NCBI GenBank assembly: GCA_963786105.1
Contig: CAWAXX010000017.1
Coordinates: 64,001-128,000, forward strand
From: Vulcanimicrobiota bacterium
GTDB taxonomy: Bacteria; Vulcanimicrobiota; Vulcanimicrobiia; Vulcanimicrobiales; Vulcanimicrobiaceae
Reading direction: 5' to 3'
DNA length: 64,000 bases
Position numbers and translations under genes: made by a program. Positions 39,410 through 48,299 of this stretch are shown here, one piece after another. Numbering within the stretch: the stretch's first letter is position 1; every line of letters begins with the position of its first letter. A model generated the notes under the pieces. The model saw only the letters and a program-made list of their open reading frames with translations. It was not told the DNA's origin and did not search any database.

Positions 39410-40486
39410 ATGACTTCTCGAGTTTGCAGCGCCGTCGTTGCTGCGTGTCTCAGCACGGGGCTATTGACTGCCTGTAGCAGCGGCAACACGCCGTATTCGG
39501 CAGTTCCCGCCCCAATCGCCCATTCGAATGCCGTTTTGCCGTCCTCCGCGCGCAAAAATCTCTACGTCGCAAACTTCGTCACGGGCTGTCGACAGTGCGG
39601 GAGCACCGTAACCGTCTACGCTCCGGGCACCACCTCGGTACTACGAACGATCTCAGATGGAGTGAGAAAGCCGCTCGCGCTGGCGTTCGATGCAGCGGGC
39701 AATCTCTACGTCGCCAACTATCGCCTTAGCTGTAGAGGTTGCGGCGGAAGCGTGACCGTCTACGCCCCGGGCAGCACGTCGGTAATGCGAACGATCACGC
39801 AAGGCATTAACTTCCCGACGGCGCTAGCTTTTGACGAATCGGGCAATCTCTACGTCGCAAATTGTTGTAACGTGGCATCGCGCGGATACGGAGGAGCCAC
39901 CGTATCGGTGTACGCCCCCGGCAGCTCGTCCGTCTTACGAACGATTACTAACGGAGTGAACTATCCTGAAGACCTGGCGTTTGGCGGCCGCGGCTCTCTT
40001 TACGTCGCAAACTATTATGCACCTAGCGTGACCGTCTATGCAGCGGGAGGCATCCGCCTGCTGCGCACGATATCGCAGGGAGTGTCAACCCCGTTTCGAT
40101 TGGCGTTGGACGCTTCCAACAACCTGTACGTTGCAAACCTTTACGGTAACGACGTCGAGGTTTACAAGCCGGGCAGCGGCTCGGTACTACGGTCGATCTC
40201 TCAAGGGGTGCATCTGCCGAATGCGCTGGCGTTCGACCGGAAAGGGAACCTCTACCTTTCAAATCGCAGGGCCGTGACGGTGTACGCGCCAGGAAGCACG
40301 TCGATCTTGCGGACGATTTCTCAAGGGCTGCATGGCCCGGGCGCGCTGGCGTTCGGGCCCAACGGCGACCTTTTCGTTGCCAATGGCGGCGATGCCATAA
40401 CCGTCTATCCAGCCGGAAAGACGAAGCCGATGCGGACGATTACCGACGGCTTACACATCCCTACTGCACTCGTTTTCGGACCGTAA
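39410..40486 (+). CDS. NHL-repeat beta-propeller lipoprotein
   Basis: Lipobox LTAC; about 7 LAFD..GNLYVAN repeats ending in LVFGP. Confidence 0.85.
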   Translation: MTSRVCSAVVAACLSTGLLTACSSGNTPYSAVPAPIAHSNAVLPSSARKNLYVANFVTGCRQCGSTVTVYAPGTTSVLRTISDGVRKPLALAFDAAGNLYVANYRLSCRGCGGSVTVYAPGSTSVMRTITQGINFPTALAFDESGNLYVANCCNVASRGYGGATVSVYAPGSSSVLRTITNGVNYPEDLAFGGRGSLYVANYYAPSVTVYAAGGIRLLRTISQGVSTPFRLALDASNNLYVANLYGNDVEVYKPGSGSVLRSISQGVHLPNALAFDRKGNLYLSNRRAVTVYAPGSTSILRTISQGLHGPGALAFGPNGDLFVANGGDAITVYPAGKTKPMRTITDGLHIPTALVFGP

Positions 40487-40585
40487 CGCTTAGACGATAC
40501 GCTGTCGGCGGCAGTCATTGAGGAAACTGGAAACGCTGGTGAGCACAACAGCCGACTCGTTTACCCCGACTTGGGGCCACCTTTG

Positions 40586-40614
40586 TTGCTTTCCTGGCGG
40601 ATTGGGAGCATGAT
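40586..40614 (+). promoter_or_regulatory. Putative promoter TTGCTT-17-CATGAT, copy 2
   Basis: Near-identical to 39333..39361. Confidence 0.55.
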
Positions 40615-40747
40615 TCAGGAAGGCCGCGGTCCGCCGGCGTCGCTATTTGAACAGCGGCGCGCCTTCTCCGTTGGACGCCGTGGTCGCCGTCTTTCGATGA
40701 CACGTTAGCGGGTGTCATCCATTGAGAAAGAGCGGAATCGTAAAGCC

Positions 40748-41773
40748 ATGAAACGTCATGACGCGATCTTCGGAGCGTGGCTTAGTGCTGCACTGCTGGT
40801 TGGGTGCGGAATCAACGATGGTAGGTTATCGCCAACAATGCCGTTAGCGTTTGCGTCGGTCAGCGGTGCCCACGCCGGTCGTAATCTTTATGTGCTAAAC
40901 GGAGGAAGCAATACCGTCACGCTGTACGCGCCCGGACAAAAAACCGTGCTGCGGACAATCTCTCAAGGGATAAAAGACGCTTTCGCAATGGCGTTGGATT
41001 CCTCCGGTAACCTCTACGTCGCTAACGCGTACGTCAACAAGGTAACGGTCTACGCTGCAGGCAGCGGGACCCTGTTGCGTTCGATCACAGAGGACGTGAA
41101 CGCACCGCTGGCGCTGGCGCTTGACATGTCCGGCAATCTCTACGTCGCGAACTATGGGTGTACCCATTGCGCCGGCTCCGTGACCGTCTACGCACCGGGC
41201 AGTACGACCGTGCTGCGGAAGATTTCTGAGGGTGTGAGCAGACCGATTGTGCTGGCGTTCGATGGTTCGGGCAATCTCTACGTCGCAAATCTAGGCGATA
41301 GCACGGTCACGGTCTACGCTTCCGGCAGCGGCTCGGTGCTGCGAACAATTTCCCAAGGGATCGTCGACCCTAACGCGCTAGCGTTCGACAGCTCCGGGAA
41401 TCTTTACGTCGCAAACTACGTATTTGGCAACACGGTGACGGTTTACGCTCCAGGGAGCAATCAAGTGCTGCGGACGATCTCCCAGGGCCTAAAGCATCCG
41501 GATGCGCTGGCATTTGGTCGTTCCGGCAACCTCTTCGTGACAAATTCGAACAAACATAGCGCCGTAAGCGTCTACGCTCCGGGGAGCGACCAAGTGTTGC
41601 GGACAATCTCGCAAGCCGTACGCTATCCGCGCGCGCTCTCATTTGACGGCGCCGGCAACCTATACGTCGCGGACCTCCATCAAGTGGCCGTTTTTGCTCC
41701 GGGAAGCTCGCAGGTGCTGCGGATCATTAGTCAGGGCATTAGCTTTCCCACTGCACTCGCATTCGGGCCATGA
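40748..41773 (+). CDS. NHL-repeat beta-propeller lipoprotein
   Basis: Lipobox LVGC; same repeats, ending in LAFGP. Confidence 0.85.
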   Translation: MKRHDAIFGAWLSAALLVGCGINDGRLSPTMPLAFASVSGAHAGRNLYVLNGGSNTVTLYAPGQKTVLRTISQGIKDAFAMALDSSGNLYVANAYVNKVTVYAAGSGTLLRSITEDVNAPLALALDMSGNLYVANYGCTHCAGSVTVYAPGSTTVLRKISEGVSRPIVLAFDGSGNLYVANLGDSTVTVYASGSGSVLRTISQGIVDPNALAFDSSGNLYVANYVFGNTVTVYAPGSNQVLRTISQGLKHPDALAFGRSGNLFVTNSNKHSAVSVYAPGSDQVLRTISQAVRYPRALSFDGAGNLYVADLHQVAVFAPGSSQVLRIISQGISFPTALAFGP

Positions 41774-41799
41774 CCCAGCGATGGTCTTTGGGAGCCGAC

Positions 41800-41874
41800 G
41801 CGGCGCAAACCCGCATAAAATAAGCAAAGCCGAGCGCGCCCGTAGCCAAAACGACGGCAACCGTTTGGCAACCG
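41800..41874 (+). repeat. Duplicate of tRNA-Arg upstream flank plus 5' end, followed by GGCAACCG direct repeats (att-like)
   Basis: 41800..41846 nearly equals 42958..43005; 41854..41874 nearly equals 42902..42922. Confidence 0.75.
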
Positions 41875-42103
41875 TGAGGATGCGGTTCTCGCTTTCGCGC
41901 TGGTAATCGCGTGCCGCATCCGAGGCATTGGGAAGCGCTAATGTCGCTTAGTAAGAAGGAAGGGCGCTCGGCTTAAACCCCGCATCGCTAACGCGATTCG
42001 AGCCCAAAACCTTCAACGAAAATCGCGGCGGCGCACGAGGACACGGGAATGATGCGGAACCTCTTGATCGAATGAGGGATTGCCGTCAGTAAAAGGAGAT
42101 GGA

Positions 42104-42520
42104 ATGAATCGCAAAGAGTTGGCATGCGCTGCGGTCGGAGCCGTGTTGGGTGCAGCCGGATGTTCGCCCGCAATGAGATCGCTCGCCGTACCCGCCGTCA
42201 ACGCCGAGGAGCGTGCGCCGGCAATCGACGACCGGCTCGCCGTTGAAAACACTCCGCACGTAGAGGAGGCTGTGATCACGCTCATCTCCGGCACGACGAG
42301 GGACGTATCCAGCGCACTCTTTTATCTCTTGCCGAAGTCAGGCTGGAGCATTAGCAGCAGTGATCCTCGGCTTCAGGTTTCAATCGAGAGGGAGCACGTG
42401 GCGACGCTGATTGCTCCCGAAGACGAAAAAGTGATGTTCATCGCAAGGGCAACCATATCGCACACGAGTGGAATGCAGCTCGTGGTGCGCTGCCACGTCG
42501 AGGTAACCTGTGCTAACTGA
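42104..42520 (+). CDS. Hypothetical lipoprotein
   Basis: AAGGAG RBS; MNRKELAC...AAGC signal. Confidence 0.55.
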   Translation: MNRKELACAAVGAVLGAAGCSPAMRSLAVPAVNAEERAPAIDDRLAVENTPHVEEAVITLISGTTRDVSSALFYLLPKSGWSISSSDPRLQVSIEREHVATLIAPEDEKVMFIARATISHTSGMQLVVRCHVEVTCAN

Positions 42521-42695
42521 GCAAGGGGTTCGGACTCCTTAGCAATCCTCGCCCTGAGACGAAGGCGTGAGCGCCGAGGAACTTCGCTGGCGGAACCAGG
42601 ATCGTATCGTAAATTAGCGGTGGCTCGCGGATTGTAGAGCGTTCGCGGTCACAGCAAAGGGGGCTGGCAGCGGCAACGACCAAAATCCCGATCAC

Positions 42696-42872
42696 CGGAA
42701 GAGACTGCTGCTCATTTTGGATAACTGCGAGCATGTCTTGGAGCCGGTCGCAGCGATCGCCGACGCGATCACCCGCGGTTGTCCCGATGTGCGACTGCTG
42801 GCCACCTCTCGCCAGGCGCTCGAGGACGCGATCGCGGCAGCGCAGGCGCGTCATGCGGCCGGTCAGAATTGA
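42696..42872 (+). pseudogene. Internal fragment of a STAND/NB-ARC-like ATPase
   Basis: Translates as RKRLLLILDNCEHVLEPVAAIADAITRGCPDVRLLATSRQAL (Walker B and sensor motifs), without a start or Walker A. Confidence 0.75.
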
Positions 42873-42994
42873 CGCTCGGGGAAAGCCGCTCCCGGACCCG
42901 CACGGCAACCGTTTGGTAACCGCGAGCGGTTCGAGGGCGATCGTTTACGAGGTCAATGCGGCGCAAACCCACATAAAATAAGGCAAAGCCGAGC

Positions 42995-43069
42995 GCGCCC
43001 GTAGCTCAAACTGGATAGAGCAGGGGACTCCTAAGCCCAAGGTTGCCAGTTCGATTCTGGCCGGGCGCA
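42995..43069 (+). tRNA. tRNA-Arg(CCT), CCA not encoded
   Basis: Acceptor GCGCCCG/CGGGCGC, D arm GCTC/GAGC, loop CT-CCT-AA, T arm GCCAG-TTCGATT-CTGGC. Confidence 0.88.
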
Positions 43070-43147
43070 GGCTATCTACAGGCTATCTAAAGGGAGGAGC
43101 CGTCAGATCTCTTACTAAGCCTAGCAGAGCAAGCAGTCAAATTGCGG

Positions 43148-43176
43148 TTGCGAACCGGTTCGCTCTGTGCTAGCAT
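43148..43176 (+). promoter_or_regulatory. Promoter TTGCGA-17-TGnTAGCAT for rpmG operon
   Basis: Spacing and extended -10; same -35 as the rplJ promoter. Confidence 0.6.
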
Positions 43177-43227
43177 GGGAGGTCGAACGGACCAGCGGTC
43201 CGTTTTATTCATGTTTGTGATAGGCTG

Positions 43228-43392
43228 ATGGCGAAGAAAGAAACACGCGTGATGATCGTGATGGCGTGCACGGAGTGCAAGCGCCGGAACTATAATACGC
43301 AGAAGAACAAGCAGAAAACGACGGAACGGCTGGAGCGCAGCAAGTATTGTCGCTGGTGCCGCTGTCACCGGTCCCATCGCGAGACGAAGTAG
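43228..43392 (+). CDS. rpmG: 50S ribosomal protein L33, Zn-binding form (below ORF-track size cutoff)
   Basis: [54 protein letters not shown]. Confidence 0.95.
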   Translation: MAKKETRVMIVMACTECKRRNYNTQKNKQKTTERLERSKYCRWCRCHRSHRETK

Positions 43393-43498
43393 CGGCTGCG
43401 GCCGCAGTCGAGTCTTTTCGGTTCTGGCGAGGCGACGAGGTGGCGAAGTGAACTAGGGTTCACGAGCCCCGAGCCAACGATGCCAGAGACGAAAAAGT

Positions 43499-43574
43499 AG
43501 GGCGGTGGCGCAATTGGTAGCGCAGCGGTCTCCAAAATCGCCGGCTGCAGGTTCGAGTCCTGTCCGCCCTGCCA
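43499..43574 (+). tRNA. tRNA-Trp(CCA)
   Basis: AGGGCGG/CCGCCCT acceptor, CT-CCA-AA loop, TTCGAGT, 3' CCA; canonical position before secE. Confidence 0.96.
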
Positions 43575-43596
43575 GTTTTTCGGGAGAGAACCTTTG

Positions 43597-43818
43597 GTGA
43601 ACGAGCAAAAGAAGACGGCTCAGCGATTAGTCGGACAAGATTTCGTCCGAGGCGTGATCGCCGAGCTTCGGCGCGTCACGTGGCCGACGCGCGAGGAGTG
43701 GATCTCCGCGACGATTCTGACAATCGGACTAGTCGTCGGTATCGGCTTGTTTACGTTCCTTCTCGACCAACTCTTCGGATGGCTCTTCAGCTTGATCCAT
43801 CCAATCACCAACGGGTAA
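43597..43818 (+). CDS. secE: Preprotein translocase subunit SecE
   Basis: ELRRVTWPTREE plus one TM; synteny. Confidence 0.95.
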   Translation: MNEQKKTAQRLVGQDFVRGVIAELRRVTWPTREEWISATILTIGLVVGIGLFTFLLDQLFGWLFSLIHPITNG

Positions 43819-44571
43819 ATGCAGGACACTATGTTTGAAACCGGCCGCGAGCCGTTGTTCGAGCAAGCCGACGAGCTTCGCGAAGAAACCGTCGTCGACG
43901 ATTCGCAAATGGGCGACGTCGCCGGCACCGTCGACCTGCAGCCCGAAGCCGAGGCGCCTGCCGACCTGCCCGACGAGCAGGCCGAAGACGAGCCCGTCGA
44001 AGACGCGGTGGAGCGCGCTCCCGCCGGCGCTCGCAAGGATAACCGAAACTGGTTCGTCGTGCATACGTATTCGGGCTACGAAAACAAAGTCAAAGCGAAC
44101 CTCGAACGCCGCATTCATTCGATGGGCATGCAGGACAAGATCTTCCGCGTCCTCGTCCCGATGGAAGACGAAGTCGAGTTCAAAGACGGCAAGCGCAAGA
44201 TCACGCCGAAAAAGGTGTTTCCGGGCTACGTGCTCGTCGAGATGATCATGGACGATCAGTCGTGGTACGTCGTGCGCAACACGCAGGGCGTGACCGGTTT
44301 CGTCGGTAGCCCAGGACCCGGCGAAAAGCCGGTGCCGCTGCAAGACAAAGAAGTCAAAACGATCCTCAAACAAATGGGCATCGAGGCGCCTAAGCTGAAG
44401 ATCGATTTCAAAAAGGGCGACCGCGTCAAAGTTACGTCCGGCCCGTTCTTCGACTTCACGGGCGTGGTCGACGAAATCGCACCGGAGAAAGAACGCTTGC
44501 GCGCCCTGATTTCGATCTTCGGCCGCGAAACGCCGGTCGAACTCGAGTTCTTCCAGGTGGAGAAGGTCTAA
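43819..44571 (+). CDS. nusG: Transcription factor NusG with acidic N-terminal extension
   Basis: WFVVHTYSGYENKV, FPGYVLV, KOW domain, IFGRETPVEL. Confidence 0.97.
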   Translation: MQDTMFETGREPLFEQADELREETVVDDSQMGDVAGTVDLQPEAEAPADLPDEQAEDEPVEDAVERAPAGARKDNRNWFVVHTYSGYENKVKANLERRIHSMGMQDKIFRVLVPMEDEVEFKDGKRKITPKKVFPGYVLVEMIMDDQSWYVVRNTQGVTGFVGSPGPGEKPVPLQDKEVKTILKQMGIEAPKLKIDFKKGDRVKVTSGPFFDFTGVVDEIAPEKERLRALISIFGRETPVELEFFQVEKV

Positions 44572-44657
44572 AGATTTCCTCGCGGGTTTGACCCCGGCTC
44601 GCGAGATAACCGAGGGGCAGAAGCATCGCTCGCGATGCATCGTTAAGGAGAGTATTC

Positions 44658-45083
44658 GTGGCCAAAAAAGTCGTAGGCAAAATCGGCCTACAAATTCCCG
44701 CCGGAAAGGCGACGCCGGCGCCGCCGATCGGCCCCGCGCTAGGACCCTACTCGCTCAACATCATGGATTTCTGCAAGCAGTATAATGAGCGGACTGCTTC
44801 GCAGGCGGGTATGATCATTCCGGTTGAAATCACGGTCTTCGAAGACCGGACGTTTACGTTCATCACCAAGACGCCGCCCGCGTCGTTCCTCATCAAGCAG
44901 GCGCTCAAGATCGAGTCGGGCAGCAAAGAGCCCAATCGCAATAAGGTTGGAAAACTCACGCAAGCGCAGCTCGAATCCATTGCCAAAGTAAAGATGCCGG
45001 ACATCAACGCCAACGACATCGAGGCTGCTAAGAACATTATCGCCGGTACTGCACGCTCGATGGGCGTGGAGGTGGAAGCGTAA
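44658..45083 (+). CDS. rplK: 50S ribosomal protein L11
   Basis: [28 protein letters not shown]. Confidence 0.98.
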   Translation: MAKKVVGKIGLQIPAGKATPAPPIGPALGPYSLNIMDFCKQYNERTASQAGMIIPVEITVFEDRTFTFITKTPPASFLIKQALKIESGSKEPNRNKVGKLTQAQLESIAKVKMPDINANDIEAAKNIIAGTARSMGVEVEA

Positions 45084-45784
45084 TGCCGCAGCATCATGGA
45101 AAGCGGTACAAGAAGCTGGCCGCGGAGTACGATCGCAAGCAGCTGTTCACACCGCCCGAGGCGGTCGCGCTGGTGAAGAAGAACGCGAATGCCAAGTTCG
45201 CTGAAACCGTCGAGGCGCACATTCGTCTCGGCGTCGATCCCAAGAAGAGCGATCAGAACGTGCGCGGCACCGTGCTGCTGCCGCATGGCACCGGTCGCAT
45301 CGTGCGCGTCATCGCGTTCGCGAAGGGCGACAATGCGAAAGCGGCGCAAGAGGCCGGCGCGGACAGCGTTGGCGATCAGGATTTGATCGACCGCGTGAAA
45401 GCCGGATTTGCCGACTTCGACGTCGCGGTCGCGACGCCCGATATGATGGCGCAGGTCGGTAAGGAACTAGGCCGCATTCTGGCGCAGAAGATGCCGAATC
45501 CCAAAGCCGGAACGGTCACGCCGAATATCGGCGGCGCCATTCGCGACATCAAGGCCGGTAAGGTCGAATTCCGCCTCGATAAGACGGGAATCATTCACAC
45601 GATCGTCGGCAAGGCCAACTTCGACGAGCAGCACTTGATCGAAAACGTTGCGACGTTGCTCGATGCGGTCGTGCGCGCCAAACCGGCCGCCGCGAAGGGC
45701 ACGTACCTGCGCAGCGTAACGCTTACGAGCACGATGGGTCCGGGCGTGAAAGTCGATCCGAACCGGATCAAAGCGACGGCGTAA
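45083..45784 (+). CDS. rplA: 50S ribosomal protein L1
   Basis: [26 protein letters not shown]. Confidence 0.98.
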   Translation: MPQHHGKRYKKLAAEYDRKQLFTPPEAVALVKKNANAKFAETVEAHIRLGVDPKKSDQNVRGTVLLPHGTGRIVRVIAFAKGDNAKAAQEAGADSVGDQDLIDRVKAGFADFDVAVATPDMMAQVGKELGRILAQKMPNPKAGTVTPNIGGAIRDIKAGKVEFRLDKTGIIHTIVGKANFDEQHLIENVATLLDAVVRAKPAAAKGTYLRSVTLTSTMGPGVKVDPNRIKATA

Positions 45785-45862
45785 GCGCGCTGATTCGGCC
45801 CGAATGGAATCGTAAACGGTACCGACGATCAGGATTTTGTTGGCTTTGACGGCCAATTGTGC

Positions 45863-45891
45863 TTGCGACGGTTCCGAAGCTGTGGTACTCT
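45863..45891 (+). promoter_or_regulatory. Promoter TTGCGA-17-TGnTACTCT for rplJL
   Basis: Spacing, extended -10, directly before the L10 leader. Confidence 0.6.
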
Positions 45892-45901
45892 ACCCCAGGC
45901 T

Positions 45902-46052
45902 CCGAAGACCGTAGGCGGCCTCGTTTGGCCGTAATCGTCTCGACCTCCTTATCGCGATTCGCGACAAGGAAGGCGCGACGGCCTGCCGAGGACGCGATAC
46001 GCGAATCTTTCGACGTCTCTGCGCGCCCTCCGGACGGATGGAGCGCGTTTTT
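45902..46052 (+). ncRNA. Ribosomal protein L10 leader (autoregulatory)
   Basis: CCGAAGACCGTAGG...TAAT...CCTGCCGAGG core plus terminator-like GCGCGC..GCGCGTTTTT upstream of rplJ. Confidence 0.8.
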
Positions 46053-46094
46053 CGTTTTCCGACGCTGTAGGAAGCCAAAAAAAGGGAACGTCCT

Positions 46095-46625
46095 ATGCCA
46101 ACCGCCCGAAAAGAAACTGCGGTCAAAGAGCTGCGCGAACAGCTAGCCGCCGCGCAAAACTTATTCTTGACGGATTATCAAGGTTTAACCGTTGAAGAGA
46201 TTACGAAGCTTCGCGGCGAGCTTCGCAAAGACGGCAGCACGTACTCCGTGGTAAAGAACACGCTCTTTCGTATCGCTGCCGGCGACACCGCCGCGCAGCT
46301 GGAGGAGTTCCTTGCCGGTCCAACAGGCATCGTCTTTGCCGGCGCGGATCCGGTAGCACCGGCCAAAGCGCTCAAGACTTTTAGCGATGCCACCAAAAAG
46401 CTGTCCATCAAAGCGGCTTTCCTCGACGGTTACGTCGTTGGCGCCGCGCAAGTCAACGTGCTTGCCAAACTGCCTCCCAAAATCGAACTCATTGCTAGGC
46501 TGGTCGGCTCGCTCGCCAGCCCGCTGCGCGGTCTCGTGACCGTGCTTTCCGGAAATCAGAGCGGCCTCGTCCGCGTGCTTACTGCCATCCGCGAGCAAAA
46601 AGAAGCCGCGGCACCAAACGCTTAA
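46095..46625 (+). CDS. rplJ: 50S ribosomal protein L10
   Basis: DYQGLTV...LR.ELR, VVKNTL, L.GPT, LPPK.EL. Confidence 0.97.
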   Translation: MPTARKETAVKELREQLAAAQNLFLTDYQGLTVEEITKLRGELRKDGSTYSVVKNTLFRIAAGDTAAQLEEFLAGPTGIVFAGADPVAPAKALKTFSDATKKLSIKAAFLDGYVVGAAQVNVLAKLPPKIELIARLVGSLASPLRGLVTVLSGNQSGLVRVLTAIREQKEAAAPNA

Positions 46626-46641
46626 GGAGACTACACGTATC

Positions 46642-47010
46642 ATGGCACTTGCCGAACTCATCGAACAAATCGACAAACTCACCGTTCTCGAACTCGCGGA
46701 CCTCGTGAAGCAGCTCGAGGAAAAGTATGGCGTCTCGGCTGCGGCTCCCGCTGCGGTGATGGCCGCGCCGGCGGCGGCCGCCGCTCCGGCTGCCGAGCAA
46801 ACCGAATTCGACGTCATTCTCGCCGAAGCCGGACCCGAGAAGATCAAGGTGATCAAGGCCGTTCGCGAGCTCACCAGCCTCGGACTCACCGAAGCCAAAT
46901 CGTTCGTCGAGAGCGCCCCGAAGGCCGTGAAAGAGGGCGTCACCAAAGACGAAGCCGAGCAGGTCAAGAAGAAGCTCGAAGAAGCCGGCGCAAAGGTGGA
47001 GATCAAATAA
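46642..47010 (+). CDS. rplL: 50S ribosomal protein L7/L12
   Basis: [33 protein letters not shown]. Confidence 0.98.
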   Translation: MALAELIEQIDKLTVLELADLVKQLEEKYGVSAAAPAAVMAAPAAAAAPAAEQTEFDVILAEAGPEKIKVIKAVRELTSLGLTEAKSFVESAPKAVKEGVTKDEAEQVKKKLEEAGAKVEIK

Positions 47011-47029
47011 GGAATCCGCCGGCTACTGG

Positions 47030-47060
47030 AAAAACGGGAGTGAGATTCGCTCCCGTTTTT
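47030..47060 (+). terminator. Intrinsic terminator after rplL
   Basis: AAAAACGGGAG-loop-CTCCCGTTTTT. Confidence 0.85.
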
Positions 47061-47083
47061 GTTAGGCGCGTGGAGTCTTGACG

Positions 47084-47626
47084 ATGCAACCGAGTTCGAA
47101 CGTGCCGTGGTGGGTGCAACTGCTGCCGCTGGTCGTGGTGGTGGTTGTGCTGGCGATTCGTTTCGTTCGTCCGCAGCGAATCAGCGTGACCCGCATGTTC
47201 ATCCAGCCGCTGATTTTGGTTGCGTTAACGGGCTGGACGATCTATGCAACGGAGGCGCTCAATCCGGCGCCGGGTTGGGAGATCGCCGTCGCCCTGGTCG
47301 TGGGAGGCATCGCAGGAATTCCGTTTGGAATTCTGCGCGGAATGCACACCGACGTTCGACCGACCGAGCGACCGGGCGTGATGTACCTTGGTTCGTCGTG
47401 GGTGACGATAGTAATTTTTGCGGTCGCATTCGGCCTGCGCGCGTTGGTGCGCCTGGTCATGCCGCATCGAGGCAGCCTTTCAAGCGCAATCGGCGACGCG
47501 CTGCTGGCGTTTGCGATTGTGTTTATCGCTGCCAGCTATATCGTAATCTATCGAAAGTACAAAATGGAGGCCGCGGGACGGCTTTCCGCTCCGCCGGCAC
47601 CGCCGGAAGACGTGAAATCAGGGTAA
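47084..47626 (+). CDS. CcdC/DUF1453-like membrane protein
   Basis: About 5 TM helices; R.Q.I...R..I.P and G..RG motifs. Confidence 0.7.
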   Translation: MQPSSNVPWWVQLLPLVVVVVVLAIRFVRPQRISVTRMFIQPLILVALTGWTIYATEALNPAPGWEIAVALVVGGIAGIPFGILRGMHTDVRPTERPGVMYLGSSWVTIVIFAVAFGLRALVRLVMPHRGSLSSAIGDALLAFAIVFIAASYIVIYRKYKMEAAGRLSAPPAPPEDVKSG

Positions 47627-47635
47627 GCATAAGGC

Positions 47636-48299
47636 ATGAGCGGACTAAGGGTCCTTGTTCAGTCAGGCAAAACGATTCGACCGCGTAGAGCGGTTGCGAG
47701 CAAGTTCGACTATCCGGCCACCGAGGCCGGCGTGAACGGAAAGGTGACCGTTTACTACGATTCGGCGTTGGGATCGGGTGGCCTTACAATCGCGAAGCGG
47801 CTGTGATTTCTCGAGCGGTGGCGTCATCTATCTCGATGCAACCTTTGACGCGACCGTCGTCGATCCGTTGAGCCTCCAAATCGCGCTATACGTCGCCGAA
47901 CTGAGCGAGTGTTTCATGGGTCTTCAGGGTTCGGGGTGGAACTGCGCGTTTAGCACCGGGGAAGGCTTGTCGCGCTTTTGCGCGGAGGCCGAGACGTCTC
48001 TGCAAACGCTATCGCCGTTTTATACCGGTCCCTCGTGGGCGCAAGCCAGCTTCCCGGATTGGGTCGGCAAGACCGAACAAACCGATGGAAATGCGATTTC
48101 GACCGGATGCGCCATCGTGTATTTATACTGGATGCGCAGCTTGGGATTCGCCGTCGCGGAAATCGTCAAAGCTGCCGGCGCGACGCTCAGCGACAACTAT
48201 AAAACGTTGACTGGGAAGACCACCGCCTACCAGGATTTGCGTAACGCGCTTACCGGCGTGAACGTTACGACCGACAATCCGTTTCCGACCGCTAGTTAA
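47636..48299 (+). pseudogene. Hypothetical protein split into 47636..47806 and a downstream frame (probable internal deletion)
   Basis: 56-aa N-terminal ORF (…FDYPA…KVTVYYDSALG…) stops where the second frame GCDFSSGG…STGEGLSRFCA…DNPF begins. Confidence 0.55.

Noticed and set aside
40713..40726. TGTCATCC as another REP/IS target
   Set aside because: Lacks the CT core continuation, hairpin and GAAGGAC tail
39580..41175. CxxC motifs as c-type heme sites
   Set aside because: None is followed by His (no CxxCH)
36267..41773. NHL repeat similarity as DGR template/variable repeats
   Set aside because: No reverse transcriptase; differences are not adenine-specific
47804..47806. TGA as selenocysteine read-through
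   Set aside because: The protein-like continuation is in another frame; no evident SECIS
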